A stretch of DNA of 64,000 bases from Phoronis australis (taxonomy: Eukaryota; Animalia; Phoronida). The DNA lies in the NCBI GenBank assembly GCA_002633005.1, contig NMRA01000330.1:372001-436000 (forward strand), read 5' to 3'. The stretch's first letter is position 1, and each line of letters begins with the position of its first letter. The translations under genes and the position numbers were made by a program. The notes below the pieces were generated by a model. It was not told the DNA's origin, ran no database searches, and saw only the letters and a program-made list of their open reading frames with translations. Shown here one piece after another: positions 12,501 through 24,614 of this stretch.

Positions 12501-15500
12501 AGAATGTTTCAAACTGTCGTAAATCATCAGTATCCTTCACACACAATAGACCTTTTAAAATTGTCATATAGTTCAGTGAAAGCAGTTCTTTGTGAATCCT
12601 CCTCTCAGTCATACAACTGTCCCAGTTAGACTGTGTAACTAAACACAGCTTAACAAAGGGTTTACTGTCCTAGCTGAGAAGACAATTGTTTTATTATCCT
12701 TATGTATTCTGAATAGCGGAGCCCTTATGACACAAAATTTCAGACAAGGGACACAGAGCCGAAAGTCATTTTCAAATGAACCCGAGTAAATTTGTTGTGA
12801 CATTGATTTCAACAGGATTTAGCATTTACTGTGTAGTTCTTCACTACAGGTGGCCATTGGGATTAAAGCACAAGTACGGTAGAACGTTCCAATAAGGCAC
12901 ACAAAAAAAATAATTTTTTTGCTCAAGGTCAGAGCAGACGTAGCTAGTGGCAAAATTTAAAAGTAGGCAGTATAGGTCATCCCAAACTTAATAATCAAGA
13001 TCAACAGCAATGACCTTTAACCTTGATGTTGCCCCCTATGGGGACGTGTGAAAATGTTGCATCGGTAGCTGCTTTCAGTTATTTTAAGAACTATTTTCAG
13101 AGTTTTTCAACACAAAAAAAGCAGTTCCAAATATTCGAGAAATATGATGAACGCCAAAATCGACCAATCCATTCTCCATTATCAAGAAAATGAACCAATC
13201 TATAGCATGTTTACTGTTAGACAATTGCTAAATGGATCTTTAAGCTCACATTGTAGAGTTGTGGGCCATATTGAAAACATAAACAAATGGGCACACATGG
13301 GCACAAATGAAATAAATGAGAAATATAAAAACAGAATTATCTGGTGTAATTTTACTGTCACGAGAGGACAACCGTGAACATCTAGAACCTATCACTATGA
13401 GAATAAGTGGGTATTTAAAAACTTACAATATGGGGTAAATTGGGATAGCCTCTAAAATTCAAGCTGAAATTGAATTTTCTTGATACTGTAGATTGGTGAA
13501 TTTGGCGTTCGTCATTTTTCCCCATACATCAGACGCTGCATTTTGTAACACCAGAATATCAAGAAGACTAGGCAGCTCATAAAAAATAGAAAATAGTCAA
13601 CAACGCAAGTTTTCATGTGTAAAATTTGGTACAAGCAAAAATTTTCACAAACTGCAGATTTTTTCCCACAGCACAACATGAGCAACAACAAATGGTCACA
13701 ATTTTTCTTCCTATTACATCATAATAAAACGTAAGTTGCACTAAAAATTAAATTTGCCATTTTCAAGTTCTTAAGCTACCACCAAAAAATATGTTGGGAA
13801 ATCATCAACAGCAACAATGCTTAAAGTAAAATGAATATTCATATCACCGATTCTGTTGGATGATGGGTAATGGAAAATTACCTGTTGGAGTCATGGATCG
13901 TTTTTTGAAACCACGAGCTCTTGGTCTCGTCTCGAGACTTTCGCTGGATGGAATGGCTGGTAACTGGAATCGCCCGTATCTGTTACGTCATCACAATTGC
14001 CTTGTGCCATGTAATGTGACCTCTGTCGCATCATCACAGGGAATAAATTGTGATAGATGGCAGTCGGATCGTTGGAGGGAATAAATTCTGATAGATGGTA
14101 GTCGGATCATCAAAAGGCATAAATTCTGATACATAGTGGGTCAGATCATCAGAGGGAATAAATTCTGATAGATGGCGGTTGGATCGTCGGAGGGAATGAA
14201 TTCTGATAGATGGTTGTTGAAACAAATTCTGCGAGAAGGTGGTCAGATCATTGGAGGGAATGAATGCTGATAGATGGTGGGAAGATTGTAGCCCAAGTCT
14301 GTGTCACAACACATGGCACAAGATAATGGTAATGACGTAACAAATACAGGCAAGGCTCCAGTTACCCGTCATTCCACCCGATCAACGTCCGAGATAAGAC
14401 CGAAAGTTAACGGTTTCAAAAAACACCTGAAAAATGCAAGTCTAAAGAAACCATAACAACCAATACTGCGGTTTTCTGACTGACATGAATTCAACACAAT
14501 GCAGAGCCGCCCACCCAATTATCTTATCTATATTTTAAGGAAAATGCCAACAATCATTTCATAGTTTACTTAATATCCTAATTATATATTGCTGCAAAAA
14601 TTATAGCCACAAATTTAGTCAGCGTGAGATAGGCATGAGATTCTCAAGGCAATTTTTCTTCACTCATCTATTCATTTATTTTGCATATTCACCGATTATC
14701 ACATCATAAAAATTAATGAAAACTCTTTCTAGCCCCACTCTCCTAAATCAGGGAAACAGAACTCCGCTGCCTATGTTCATCACAGACATATGTCAAACAT
14801 AAACATAAGACTGTGTTACTAAAACTGATTCTGCAATTAGCACAAAGCCAAAATCATGATGCCGAAAACTCAATGTATGCTATGTTTGCATTTTTGCCCA
14901 GGGTCGCTTGAGATTACAGACTTCCTAATCACTGGGATTAATTTTACCTTGTTGATAACATACCACAAAAACTGGGAGTATAGAAGGTTGGAATATCATG
15001 AATTAATCGTTCTTTAATTTTAGAAAAAAATTAATCCAAAATTTGTAAATATCCTGAGTTAAAATGGTAAAGAACCGTTATCTCTTCCAGGATTTTAAGC
15101 ACGTTTTATATAGAATTCCTTTCAATGGTTTCATAAACAAATTAGAAAGTTGAGCAGACAACCCCTATCATAAGATACCTATCGTACATATAACTACAAT
15201 TCACCATACTCATCCAGATTTATGCCTACATTTGGTCAAACACCCAACCATGAAATTTCCAAATTTTCACTTTTAAATGTTCGTGCGCCATGCTTGTCTT
15301 AGCGATCACCATCAATTTATAGAAGAGAGACTCAAATAAAAAGAAAGTGCCTCTCTGAAAACCTGTATCATGAGAATATTAGCTTCCAAAATCTATGCAG
15401 CTTGCTTACCGTAGATACTAAACTGTCAAACTCTGCTCTGTAAAATGGTTCTCTTGGTGCATGCACATTTCAATATCATTGCACTAGTGTGCGAAAAAAT

Positions 15501-18500
15501 GGTGACAGTATTTGTGTAAGCAAATCAACTACACCTAACTTCTCATTTTGAAACATCCATGCTTGACTTAATGCCCATTGCCCAACATGTGATTTTTAAC
15601 TTCCTAATTTATACGCCCTGGGTGTTAATTGGGCTGAGCATGGTAAATGCTTGTAATTTCACAGGGTCTGAATTCTGCAGGTAGGCTTAGTGACCTTGTT
15701 GTAACACAGTGTAGCACATTAATTGAAACACTAGACTTTAAGATCAGCATCAACTAAAGATGACCCTGGTACTCTGCATATCAGATATCACAGACTACAG
15801 TTAGTTTACATCACATGTACCTAAGAGACATCAGACAAGGCTAGAACAGCCATGCTAGGCCATAAATCACAGTGCGGATTGTGTATGGAGCCACTTTTAT
15901 CACTGAACTTAGTGCCATGGTCAAATTTCTTGATTAACAATTTGTAAAACAGAATCATAAGCTCTCATAAAGAGTGTGATTTAGTAATATAACTCAACAA
16001 TCTTTAAACTAGAACACCCAAGACACAAAACGGCTATGACACAGGGCTCGGTGCATTTCGTAAATAAACTCGAGTGAAAAGTAAGTGCAATCAAATGGTT
16101 TGGTTGTAATACATGGCGAAAGCTTGCGAAGTCTTGTGTGAACTTACTCAACCTTCACAAGTTTCTTCACACTGCGAAAGGTAGACCACTAGTCTTGCCA
16201 TTTCTAAATGAGACTGAAAAAATGTTTTTAGACTTCCTAACGGGTTATTAGATTTGACGATAGCTATGAAACAGCAAACCTCATTCTGTTCTTATCATAT
16301 TATGTCTGCCAGAAATTGGGTGAAATTAAGGCCAGTGATTTTAACAATTGAATAATTATGCTTAAACTATTTGCCATTTATCGATGGAGCTTAGTTCCAC
16401 TAGTAAAGCATTGGACTGCGACCGCAGGAGTTGTGAGTTGGATGCCATGTTGGGACTCCATAGAAAACCACTTTTCTCACTGACGAAGTCTAACATTATT
16501 GTGGTAGACTCCTTCAACTTATAATGTCACTTGAAGTCTAACATTATATTGTAGTAGACTCCATCACCTAATAATATATTGTCACTTGAAGTCTAATTAA
16601 CATTATTGTGGTGGACTCCTTCACCTTATAATGTCACCTGAAGTCTAACATTATTGTAGTAGACTCCTTCACCTCATACACTTCAAGTCTAACATTATTG
16701 TGGTAGACTCCTCCAACTTATAATGTCATTTGAAGTCTAACATTATATTGTAGTAGACTCCATCACCTAATAATATATTGTCACTTGAAGTCTTAACATT
16801 ATTGTGGTAGACTCCTTCACCTCATAATATTACTTGAAGTCTAACATTATTGTGGTAGACTCCTTCAACTTATAATGTCATTTGAAGTCTAACATTATAT
16901 TGTAGTAGACTCCATCACCTAATAATATATTGTCACTTGAAGTCTTAACATTATTGTGGTAGACTCCTTCACCTCATAATGTTACTTGAAGTCTTATAGT
17001 AGATTCCTTCACCTCATAATATCACTTCAAGTCTAACATTTTTGTGGTAAACTCCTTCACCTTATATACCATCATCAACTTACAACCCATAACCCTTTAA
17101 ATCCTATTAATGAACCAGTCTAACAAAAAGTGACACCACTTCAGTCTCATTTGTGTCACAATAAATAAAGGCCATATACACCCCTCATTTTACCCATGAC
17201 CCAAAAACAAGTTTAAGGCCTCCTCTACTAAAAACTAAAAAATTGAGATCGTGACACTGTCAAATTATGACTGCAAAGAGAAAAAGCAAGCAGTTTCTAT
17301 AGAACATTACGGTGGGTTTTTAACAGAAGAAAGGTAGAAATACATGACGCTATCAGAAAGCATAGGTGCTAAGATAGGACCCCTTTCTTTCTAACATACT
17401 GAAGATGTGGTGAGGCCAAGGTAGTTCATTCGTTTCTTTTCCGTGCTTGAATCTAAGATCAGGGTTTCATGGATATTATTATTTAGAGGTAATAGCAGTT
17501 GCCAATTACAATATTAACAATCTGTCATGACTGTGCATGGAATAAATGTGTTTTAAAAATAATTAAAAGTATTTGTGCAAAGCCTTAAAGCGTAAATAAA
17601 CCTGAATTCTCTCCAAGAAGCAAACTTTTCATTTATACCACAAGATTGGCCTCAGTTTGTAGCTCACTCAGACGAGAAGCTACTTCTGGATTTGCAAAGG
17701 ACTGGCTTTATTTTTTCATTGACACCATGTTCAGTGCATAAAATGACAGACCGTGACACGCAAACTTTTAGAGCTTCAGTTTCAAGCACTAACAAACTGT
17801 CAGTTCTTTCGAAGTCCAGAAAGCACTTCCAATTTGACCAGAGAACAATAGGGACGAAAAGTGCGACGTCAGCGTACTGTTGTAGTCTAGGACCTCACTT
17901 CTAAATGTAGATTTTTCAGACTACACCAAGAAACATCGATTATTGCCAACCAAATACTTTGAACAGTGATGTGTGCCAATAGGGGATATTTCAAGCAATG
18001 ACAACACTCCACATTTATTTCCAGATCGTTTTGTTCTAATGTTACACACAAGGAAGTGAGCCAAAAATAATTAAGACATAATAGCATAATCAATACAATA
18101 TCCAAGTGTCGTATCCATAACTACAGGTCATGAGATATTTTATGTCATCTAGGAAATAAAAACTAATCAGAGGTGTGCAGACTTTCACATATAGGAAGAA
18201 AAAAATGCCACACAAACATGCACAATTTATTGAACCGGGTACAGGGGGAGGCCTGGGGGGTCTGGAAGGCCTGGGGGTTCACAGTAGAACATGGTTCAAA
18301 GGTCACAACAATCTGCCACAACTGTACAATAAATTTCATCAGAAAAAGTTTGTTTCATAAACCAAATATCACTTTACAAAATTAATGCACCCGGAAAACC
18401 ACACAGTTAAATAGTGTTTCCATGAAAAGTGTTTAAAGCTGCATTTTGCCCATTTGGTTGCAAATTTTGAATTCTTAACTGAAGCACTTTGGGGTTTAAA

Positions 18501-18972
18501 ATGATTGCCATTCATATCCCATCTTGAATTACTATCAAATGAGCTGGCAAATCATAATTAATATGCAATTTTAGGGTTGGCAAAGTCTAATAAACTGAAG
18601 TGTTATCTTGGGGATGTTGATGGTTTAGACATTCTTGTTGGTAATGGAAATTGAATCCTATCACAGTAAGAACTATTATGAGACTGATTTTAGGACATTA
18701 AAAAGCCTTTAGAATTTAATTTTCGTTTTTAGACAGCTAAATAGGGCAAAATAAGGCTTTTAAGTTTTAATGACAGATCTTACGGTTGCATCTTGCCCAG
18801 AGTAGTGACCAAGGACTGTACTTCCACCTGGATGTTTTAGAGCCCACTTGGACACGTCATACACTTGATCGTCGATGACCAGCCAACGGTCGCCCTTGTT
18901 AGTGTGCTTGGAGACCTCATCCCACGAAAATTCCTGGAGTTTTTGATTTGCTCCTTGTCCACCACGACCCAT
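563..18972 (-). CDS. fads2: Front-end (cytochrome b5-fused) fatty acyl desaturase, FADS1/FADS2 family (delta-5/delta-6/delta-8 type), 438 aa, 11 coding exons
   Basis: Exons in transcript order: 18784-18972, 11607-11753, 7952-8098 (or duplicate 9417-9563), 6953-7054, 6416-6475, 5674-5800, 4784-4961, 2925-3024, 2287-2366, 1612-1737, 563-623. All introns are GT-AG and phases join into 1317 nt ending in TGA. Starts MGRGGQG. Heme motif HPGG and histidine boxes HDFGH, HYQHH, QIEHH are present. Symbol denotes family only, not proven orthology. Confidence 0.93.
2287..2366 (-). CDS. Desaturase exon 9 with third histidine box
   Basis: [26 protein letters not shown](H). The Q-leading third box is diagnostic of front-end desaturases. 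Confidence 0.92.
6416..7054 (-). CDS. Desaturase exons 4 (6953-7054) and 5 (6416-6475) carrying histidine boxes 1 and 2
   Basis: [34 protein letters not shown] and [20 protein letters not shown]. Confidence 0.92.
7952..8098 (-). CDS. Desaturase coding exon 3, copy A (transmembrane segment)
   Basis: [49 protein letters not shown]; 147 nt, intact AG/GT. Confidence 0.85.
9417..9563 (-). CDS. Desaturase coding exon 3, copy B (duplicate)
   Basis: Same translation as 7952-8098 with one synonymous Ala codon difference and intact splice sites. Lies in a block duplicated across the single N at 8435. Confidence 0.7.
10490..11515. repeat. Degenerate long-period (~140-160 bp) repeat in desaturase intron 2
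   Basis: Recurring motifs tgacaataatc (about 10569, 11161, 11427) and cc(a/g)acaggggt-like (about 10741, 10882, 11046, 11204, 11317). Confidence 0.4.
11607..11753 (-). CDS. Desaturase coding exon 2
   Basis: [32 protein letters not shown]...[17 protein letters not shown]; 147 nt, phase 0-0. Confidence 0.9.
13110..13545. mobile_element. Degenerate foldback/MITE remnant
   Basis: atgatgaacgccaaaatcgaccaatc...atcaagaaaat (about 13144-13191) is the reverse complement of attttcttgat...gattggtgaatttggcgttcgtcat (about 13474-13515). Confidence 0.5.
13900..14424. mobile_element. Foldback/MITE-type element with ~120-bp terminal inverted repeats enclosing a 38-bp tandem array
   Basis: 13900-14025 aligns with the reverse complement of 14300-14424 (gttttttgaaacc...ggtaactgga...tgttacgtcat...cttgtgccatgt). 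Interior 14032-14280 holds ~7 copies of gagggaataaattctgatagatggYRgtcggatc. Confidence 0.75.
16386..16460 (+). mobile_element. Degenerate tRNA-like sequence, probable SINE head
   Basis: 75 nt, ggagc...actcca with weak acceptor-stem pairing, A-box-like tagttccactag and B-box-like gagttggatgcc. Not an intact tRNA. Confidence 0.35.
16485..17066. repeat. Minisatellite, ~12 units mostly of 43-55 bp with higher-order variant order
   Basis: Unit gaagtctaacattattgtggtagactccttca(a/c)cttataatgtcactt. Three variants recur in the order A-B-C. Confidence 0.92.
18784..18972 (-). CDS. Desaturase first coding exon (cytochrome b5 domain)
   Basis: [63 protein letters not shown] followed by GTAAG. An acceptor (tttcAG) at 19005-19006 implies a further upstream non-coding exon. 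Confidence 0.93.
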
Positions 18973-21900
18973 AGTTGGTTCTACGTACGGTCAACAGAAG
19001 GCACCTGAAACAGAACAAACACAACCAAATTGAGACTTCCCATTTCAACATGACATATCCATTAAAATACTTAAATGCTGGTACATTTCATCTAAAAATA
19101 TTTAAGTTATCTTAAGATGTAGTTGCATGCTCCTAACTATGCTTATTAATAGCAGGAACTAAATGAAAATGCTATTTGAACATCATCTACGCTAAACAAA
19201 GTGCAGTTGAATTCAGTGCCAACTTGTAAATTAATGTGAAAGCAAAAAATTCTGAAAACAGGTGACCTTTGCATTAATGGTGTACCTTGGGGGCTCATAT
19301 AGCCAGCATCATGCAGTGTCATTTCCCCAAACCACACTCGAAAACTTAAAAACTGGTCACGGCACAGAATCTTCAAAGACATCCAGAAATGCAAATGTTT
19401 CATCGCCTTCAATATAGAAACCTATTTGCCAAATTTCATGAAAATCCATCCAAGAATTATGAAGATACAGAGGCAACTGTAAAAAAATAAAATTGCCAAA
19501 AGGGGGCACAGCAGCAGTCGGATCGGTCCGAAAGTCGTCATCTGTCGTCAGCTTCATAGGAATGTACATCTGCCAAATCTCATTAAGATCCTGCAAGGGG
19601 TTTAGGAGATCTACAGCTGCAGACGCCCAGACAGAGGTGACGGCAATAATTGCACCCACATAAATATGTGGGCGCATAAAAAAAGCATTTTTTGGCCGTA
19701 AAAACGACACTGTTCCCTTAAGACTCTTTTATACTGACTTAAATCTGGTCTGCGTTGACGAAAACTGCATAGTTGACTGAACCGTTCATAGAGGCTTTGG
19801 TAGTTAACGGACATCGAAGTAAACTGTAGGTGACGCTGTTGTCACTAAATCAATCGCAAGGAAGCGCTGATGCATCGCGTACACGCTCAGATTTTTTTAA
19901 TGGGACAATTTATTAACATTTACACGTGGTAATTAACATAAAACTTATTTCTAATTCGATTGGGGAATATTCGAGCAAAAAATAAACAACTAGCGACGAT
20001 ACTAGCCTTTCATTGTTCGGTTGACTATGAACTTGACCGTTCATACTTTACCGCAGCGTCGATGCTCCGCTTTTAAATCCACCAGTATACTGCAAAGTTA
20101 ACTGGCGCAGCTAACTGTGATCAAGGACCAAAGTTACGTTCATACTGACCGCAACACCCCAAAACATCGACGCTTCAACGTTAGAATAAAAGGACCCTTA
20201 AGCAGAAAATAACATCCCATACCAACCACAAAACAAGAACTGTTAACTCGCCTATTTCACAACTTGATTTTTCATGATGCGACACAGAATTAATCGTGAT
20301 TAAGTCAAAAGGGTTGTCCTACGGTAATAGCCATATCACTAAAGAAACATAGCTCTGAAGCTGCTGTGAACATTCCTTTAGTTAAAAGAATGATTTTTGA
20401 TTTATACTACTTGCCATGATAAAATTGGTCTTTCTGTAGTTTGCTCCTTGACACAGATTAGAAGCCATCGGTGACCAGTTTAACATACATACCTGATTAT
20501 AATAATGGGTTAAAACTAGTGATGGCACACACCCCAAGATAGTAGGTGATAGCTCTCAGTAGCGCTCAACACAGCGAAAATGTCCACTCAAAAATACAAA
20601 AGATTGCATATTTGTCAACCGTATTCTCAAATTTGGACTCGTAAGCATCCGCTCGGAACCTGCACGAGTGATACGAGTGAGGTAAATTTTGTACTATTTT
20701 ACTTTTTTCACTCACGTTTTAGATCTTTTACTCTCTTATGTTGAACCCTCCTTGGCATAGAATGTGTTTATATTAAAAAATGAGGCCACATTGGAACTTC
20801 ATGCACTACAGAAATTAACATTTCCTCACACAAATTTATACACAAAGTTATGATAGAATAAATTATCAAGCTAACAACAACCTGATCAAAAATATGAAAA
20901 ACAGGTGCTACCTTACAAAGGACAGAATTTTCAGACAAAAAAATTCATGGGACCAGCTTAAACTGACGCATTCCCATGTTAAAAGTCAAGGGGATGTTAA
21001 ACAAACATGAGTATGACCACTCCAGTGTCCAGTGTCATCTTTTAACAAAATATCAAACTGACAAATTGTTCAACATCGTTGAGTTAAGCTACATGGCATT
21101 CATATCTGCCGCGTCCAAGACACGTGTGCTGTCTATGAGTGCAATTATGCACCCATTAAATTCTCAATTTAGGAATATGTCGAACTAACAAAATTATCAT
21201 ACGCTGGTCCTTATTTAATATTTGCGATAGTCTTTTCATTCGCCTTTCTACATAATCTCGATTTCGAATTTTATAAAGGGTGAAGAAAGACCATGTCAAT
21301 TTCTTAATTTATGACTTTTTCCTGTTTCACACATCCCACCATTCTTCCCTATATCAACATCACCCCTCCTCCATCTTCACAAATTAATTCCCCATTTCAC
21401 TTTGTTTTAAGACACTCGTTCAATGTTTTCAAAGCTCAAAAGGAAAAATAATTATTTTTCTACAAGATTGAGGGATCAATATTCTTGTTTTGTCAAACAA
21501 ACATAAAATCTGGCGATGTAAATCTTAAGCTATGAAATCAATTCACATAAATGACACAAAACACTGAAAAAAACAACCATGACACCAGACAGTGCATATG
21601 TGACAGAAATACTGAATAAAGTAGGTCACAGATTGCTGCCATTTAAAAAATATTCAGCATAGCTTTTTCATCACAAAGCATGTCATCGCGGAGCTGAGTA
21701 GAATTAACATGTTGAGTCTATAAGAACAGCAACTTGTCACGTATTCATTTTAGGACTATTGTTATTTCATAGAGTATATATCAGGAAGTTCATGAATTCT
21801 TTTAGCATCAGTCATTTTCCAAAAAATGAGCATGTCTTTACAAACATGCAAGACCAAAGACTGCCGTTAAAATGTCTAATTCTAAAATCAGTATTTAATA

Positions 21901-24139
21901 TATAATATAGATTGCAGAGCATAACTTTTCAACAGAGCAAGCACGGTGCATTTTGCTTTGATATGTCATGATCTTCTGGCCTGATGTTATATTCTTAGGT
22001 GTAAAAAAAATTTACTTGAATTCTTCAACTCTGCAAAGTAAAAATAGCAACTACTATTGCCGTAAACACATTTTATTAGCTGAATTCTTGTATTTTGATA
22101 GGTGAGACGGCCGAACAAATTAACCATACGTCTGCCACACTGTACGTGACATTCCGTACAAATTTAACACACGACTGTCAAGTGATTCTTTACTTTAAAT
22201 AAAAATAACCACTGGGATTTGAAAATACGAGTAGAATATTGACCTCATTTGTACTGCACAGACACTGCCCGAAGTTCGGCAGTTCTTTTATCTTTTTGAG
22301 TCATTGCTTTTTACAAGTGCAATCTAGAAATACGAGGGCAGAATACGCCGTCACTCGTATTTCTGAGCAGAAATTTTCAAGCTATACCAAAAAAGGAATT
22401 CGTAAAATAAAGAAAAACAAAGTTGTTCAATTTCTATTTTGCTTTACATCATAATAATGATGTGCTTATCATGCTTAATGACAATCCAACATGCGCGTCT
22501 GAAAGGATGTCTAATTATAACCAGGAAGTACTGCTAACTTAAGGCAAAAAATCAAAACATTGGGTGCATTTTGTCTTCATTCAATAAGAAAGCAATTTAA
22601 ATCATTAAAATTTTTGCTATTGATATTTAGGAAGCCAGGCCGTTCAGCAGTTGCTGTAGTTGGACAACGCTTCTCTACATCAACCGGTGTCACTGTCAAC
22701 AATTGATATCTCAAAAGTTGATCTAAGCTCCTATTGTGTGGTACACAGCAATTATCGCATTAGCGATGTATGCAGGGCAATAAAACACTAGCTGAAATAA
22801 ATTTAAATGTTAAGAACAGAAACTAGTACATTTTTAATTTGTTTGGCTCCTGAAATTGAATTCCTCATGAAATAAAAAGATAGTGTAGAATCCTTCTTTC
22901 GTGGAAGAAATATGATAAAAATTAGTCAAAAGGCTGCGATGGGTTTTTATTTCTTGACAACAGTTTTGAGTGCATACGTGTTTGCATTGGTGGTAGATAA
23001 TTGGCATTTGCCTCGTGACATCGGACAAAACTGAAACAGCCTGACGCTCATCAAAAAAGACTAATATCAGGCCTTAGAAAACTTGGTGTCGTCTGCAACA
23101 TGGACTAAACCGGAGTTCAAGTTGTGATGAAATCGGCATGTCTAATTTCCTGCATGCGGCAGGCAACCCAGGCATCTGACACCAATCTCCACCACACAGG
23201 CCAACTTAGCCCACGATCTCACTTAGTGGACATTTCAATAAGGCTCCTGCATAGATGGCAATTCTGCCTCATTATTTCAATGCACATTGTCTATAACCCC
23301 TTGGAACCCTATTTCGGGCCAATGAATACATCTGAACATACCAACTGTTAGCAGGTTTGAATCCCGTGAACATCAGAAGGACTTAATTGAAATCATGGAC
23401 TGCGGTCATATGAAGGCGCCAGTCCGTGGACATCCCGTGAACATAAATTAGGACATCATTAATGAATGGTGAGCAGTCATCTGAATTGTGAATAATCCAC
23501 AAAGCAATGGAAATGCCATGAGCTAATAAACAAATTGAAAAATAGTAATTCTATTCATTATGAGAGTGAAAATTTTCTACATTGGACCCTAACTTCTCAG
23601 AATTTCCATGCAGCACAGGTGCTGGCGACTCAGTAGACAGAGCTCTGAACAGAGCTCTGGTGAAGTTGTCTCATGATTCATTTGTTATTTATAAATAACT
23701 CACTAGGGTATGAGCAGCAAAGCTCTCCATAACTCTGATCTCAAATAGTGTAAGTGTTAGTGATGGTTGTTATGTAACCAAGGAATGCCAAGAGTTTCAG
23801 TCGAGCTTCAACTAGTTTTATAACTAATCACCAGACTTTGGCCACAAGATATGCAGGCATAAAAACCACAAAGTTGTCAGAACCATTTACAAAACACCAA
23901 AAAACGTGCATAAAGATTGTACCGATTCACTGAATTTGAATTTTTTCGGTGTAACTTACGCAATCAAATATCAGGCCACCACTAGACACTACCCTAGCGC
24001 CGGCTCACGTAGCGGTCATGTTGTAATCAGGTGATGTCGCCGGGCGACCAACATGCGAACATATGATAAAAAATACAGCAAAATGAAACAATCCCAGTTC
24101 TTTAGGCTTCTCAGAAGTAATCATAATAGCTTAACCTAC

Positions 24140-24350
24140 CTTTTGGTTTGTTTTGCACTAAATGACGTGAACCGAAAGTGGCCAAGAATTGACAAAATTC
24201 AGCACAAAAGAAACGTCAAATGACCGGCAGACATACTTCCGGATGACCTACTTTCGATGACCCCGCTCAACATGAGCGCTTCCCTGTGACACAAGTCATA
24301 ACTAAAATACTGAAAGCTGAAGTGACGTGAGACTGCTCGTGAGGTGACGC
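24140..24350 (-). promoter_or_regulatory. Candidate non-coding first exon and proximal promoter of the desaturase
   Basis: Strong minus-strand donor AAAAG|GTAGGT at 24138-24140, ETS-like CCGGAAGT near 24235-24242, SRE-like GTCACCTCAC at 24339-24348 and CTCACGTCAC at 24322-24331. Motif inspection only. Confidence 0.3.
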
Positions 24351-24464
24351 ACTGGCCGGTAGGAATGCCATTGCACACCACCTCCAGTATATTTTGAATT
24401 TAGAAAATTGCTTGTGCGCCTTTGTGAACTTGTGGCCTGTATATGCTTGGGAAGCCACAGGTAC

Positions 24465-24614
24465 CAATGGCGGATATAAGGGCCGGGAAGGGGAGGGGGG
24501 GGCAAGGATCTCCCAGATTCCATTTGGCACCGAGAGTTCAGGGGTGCGAATGTCTGACAGGCAAATCCTGCCTATTCCTCTGCCCCTCGACTCAAAATCC
24601 TGGATCTGCCCATG
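24465..24614 (-). mobile_element. Short MITE, GGCGGATCC-terminus family
   Basis: Ends caatggcggatata... and ...tcctggatctgcccatg. Reverse complement matches both ends of 55835-56139. Confidence 0.6.

Noticed and set aside
14032-14280. Possible CRISPR array or repeat-encoded peptide (ORF 14034-14225)
   Set aside because: Head-to-tail 38-bp units without spacers inside a TIR element. The unit length is not a multiple of 3.
16386-16460. Functional tRNA gene
   Set aside because: The T-loop lacks GTTCGA and the stems are poorly paired. At most a degenerate SINE head.
16485-17066. CRISPR-like look: regularly spaced, partly palindromic repeats
   Set aside because: Intervening sequences are themselves repeated variants rather than unique spacers, there are no cas genes, and the context is a eukaryotic intron.
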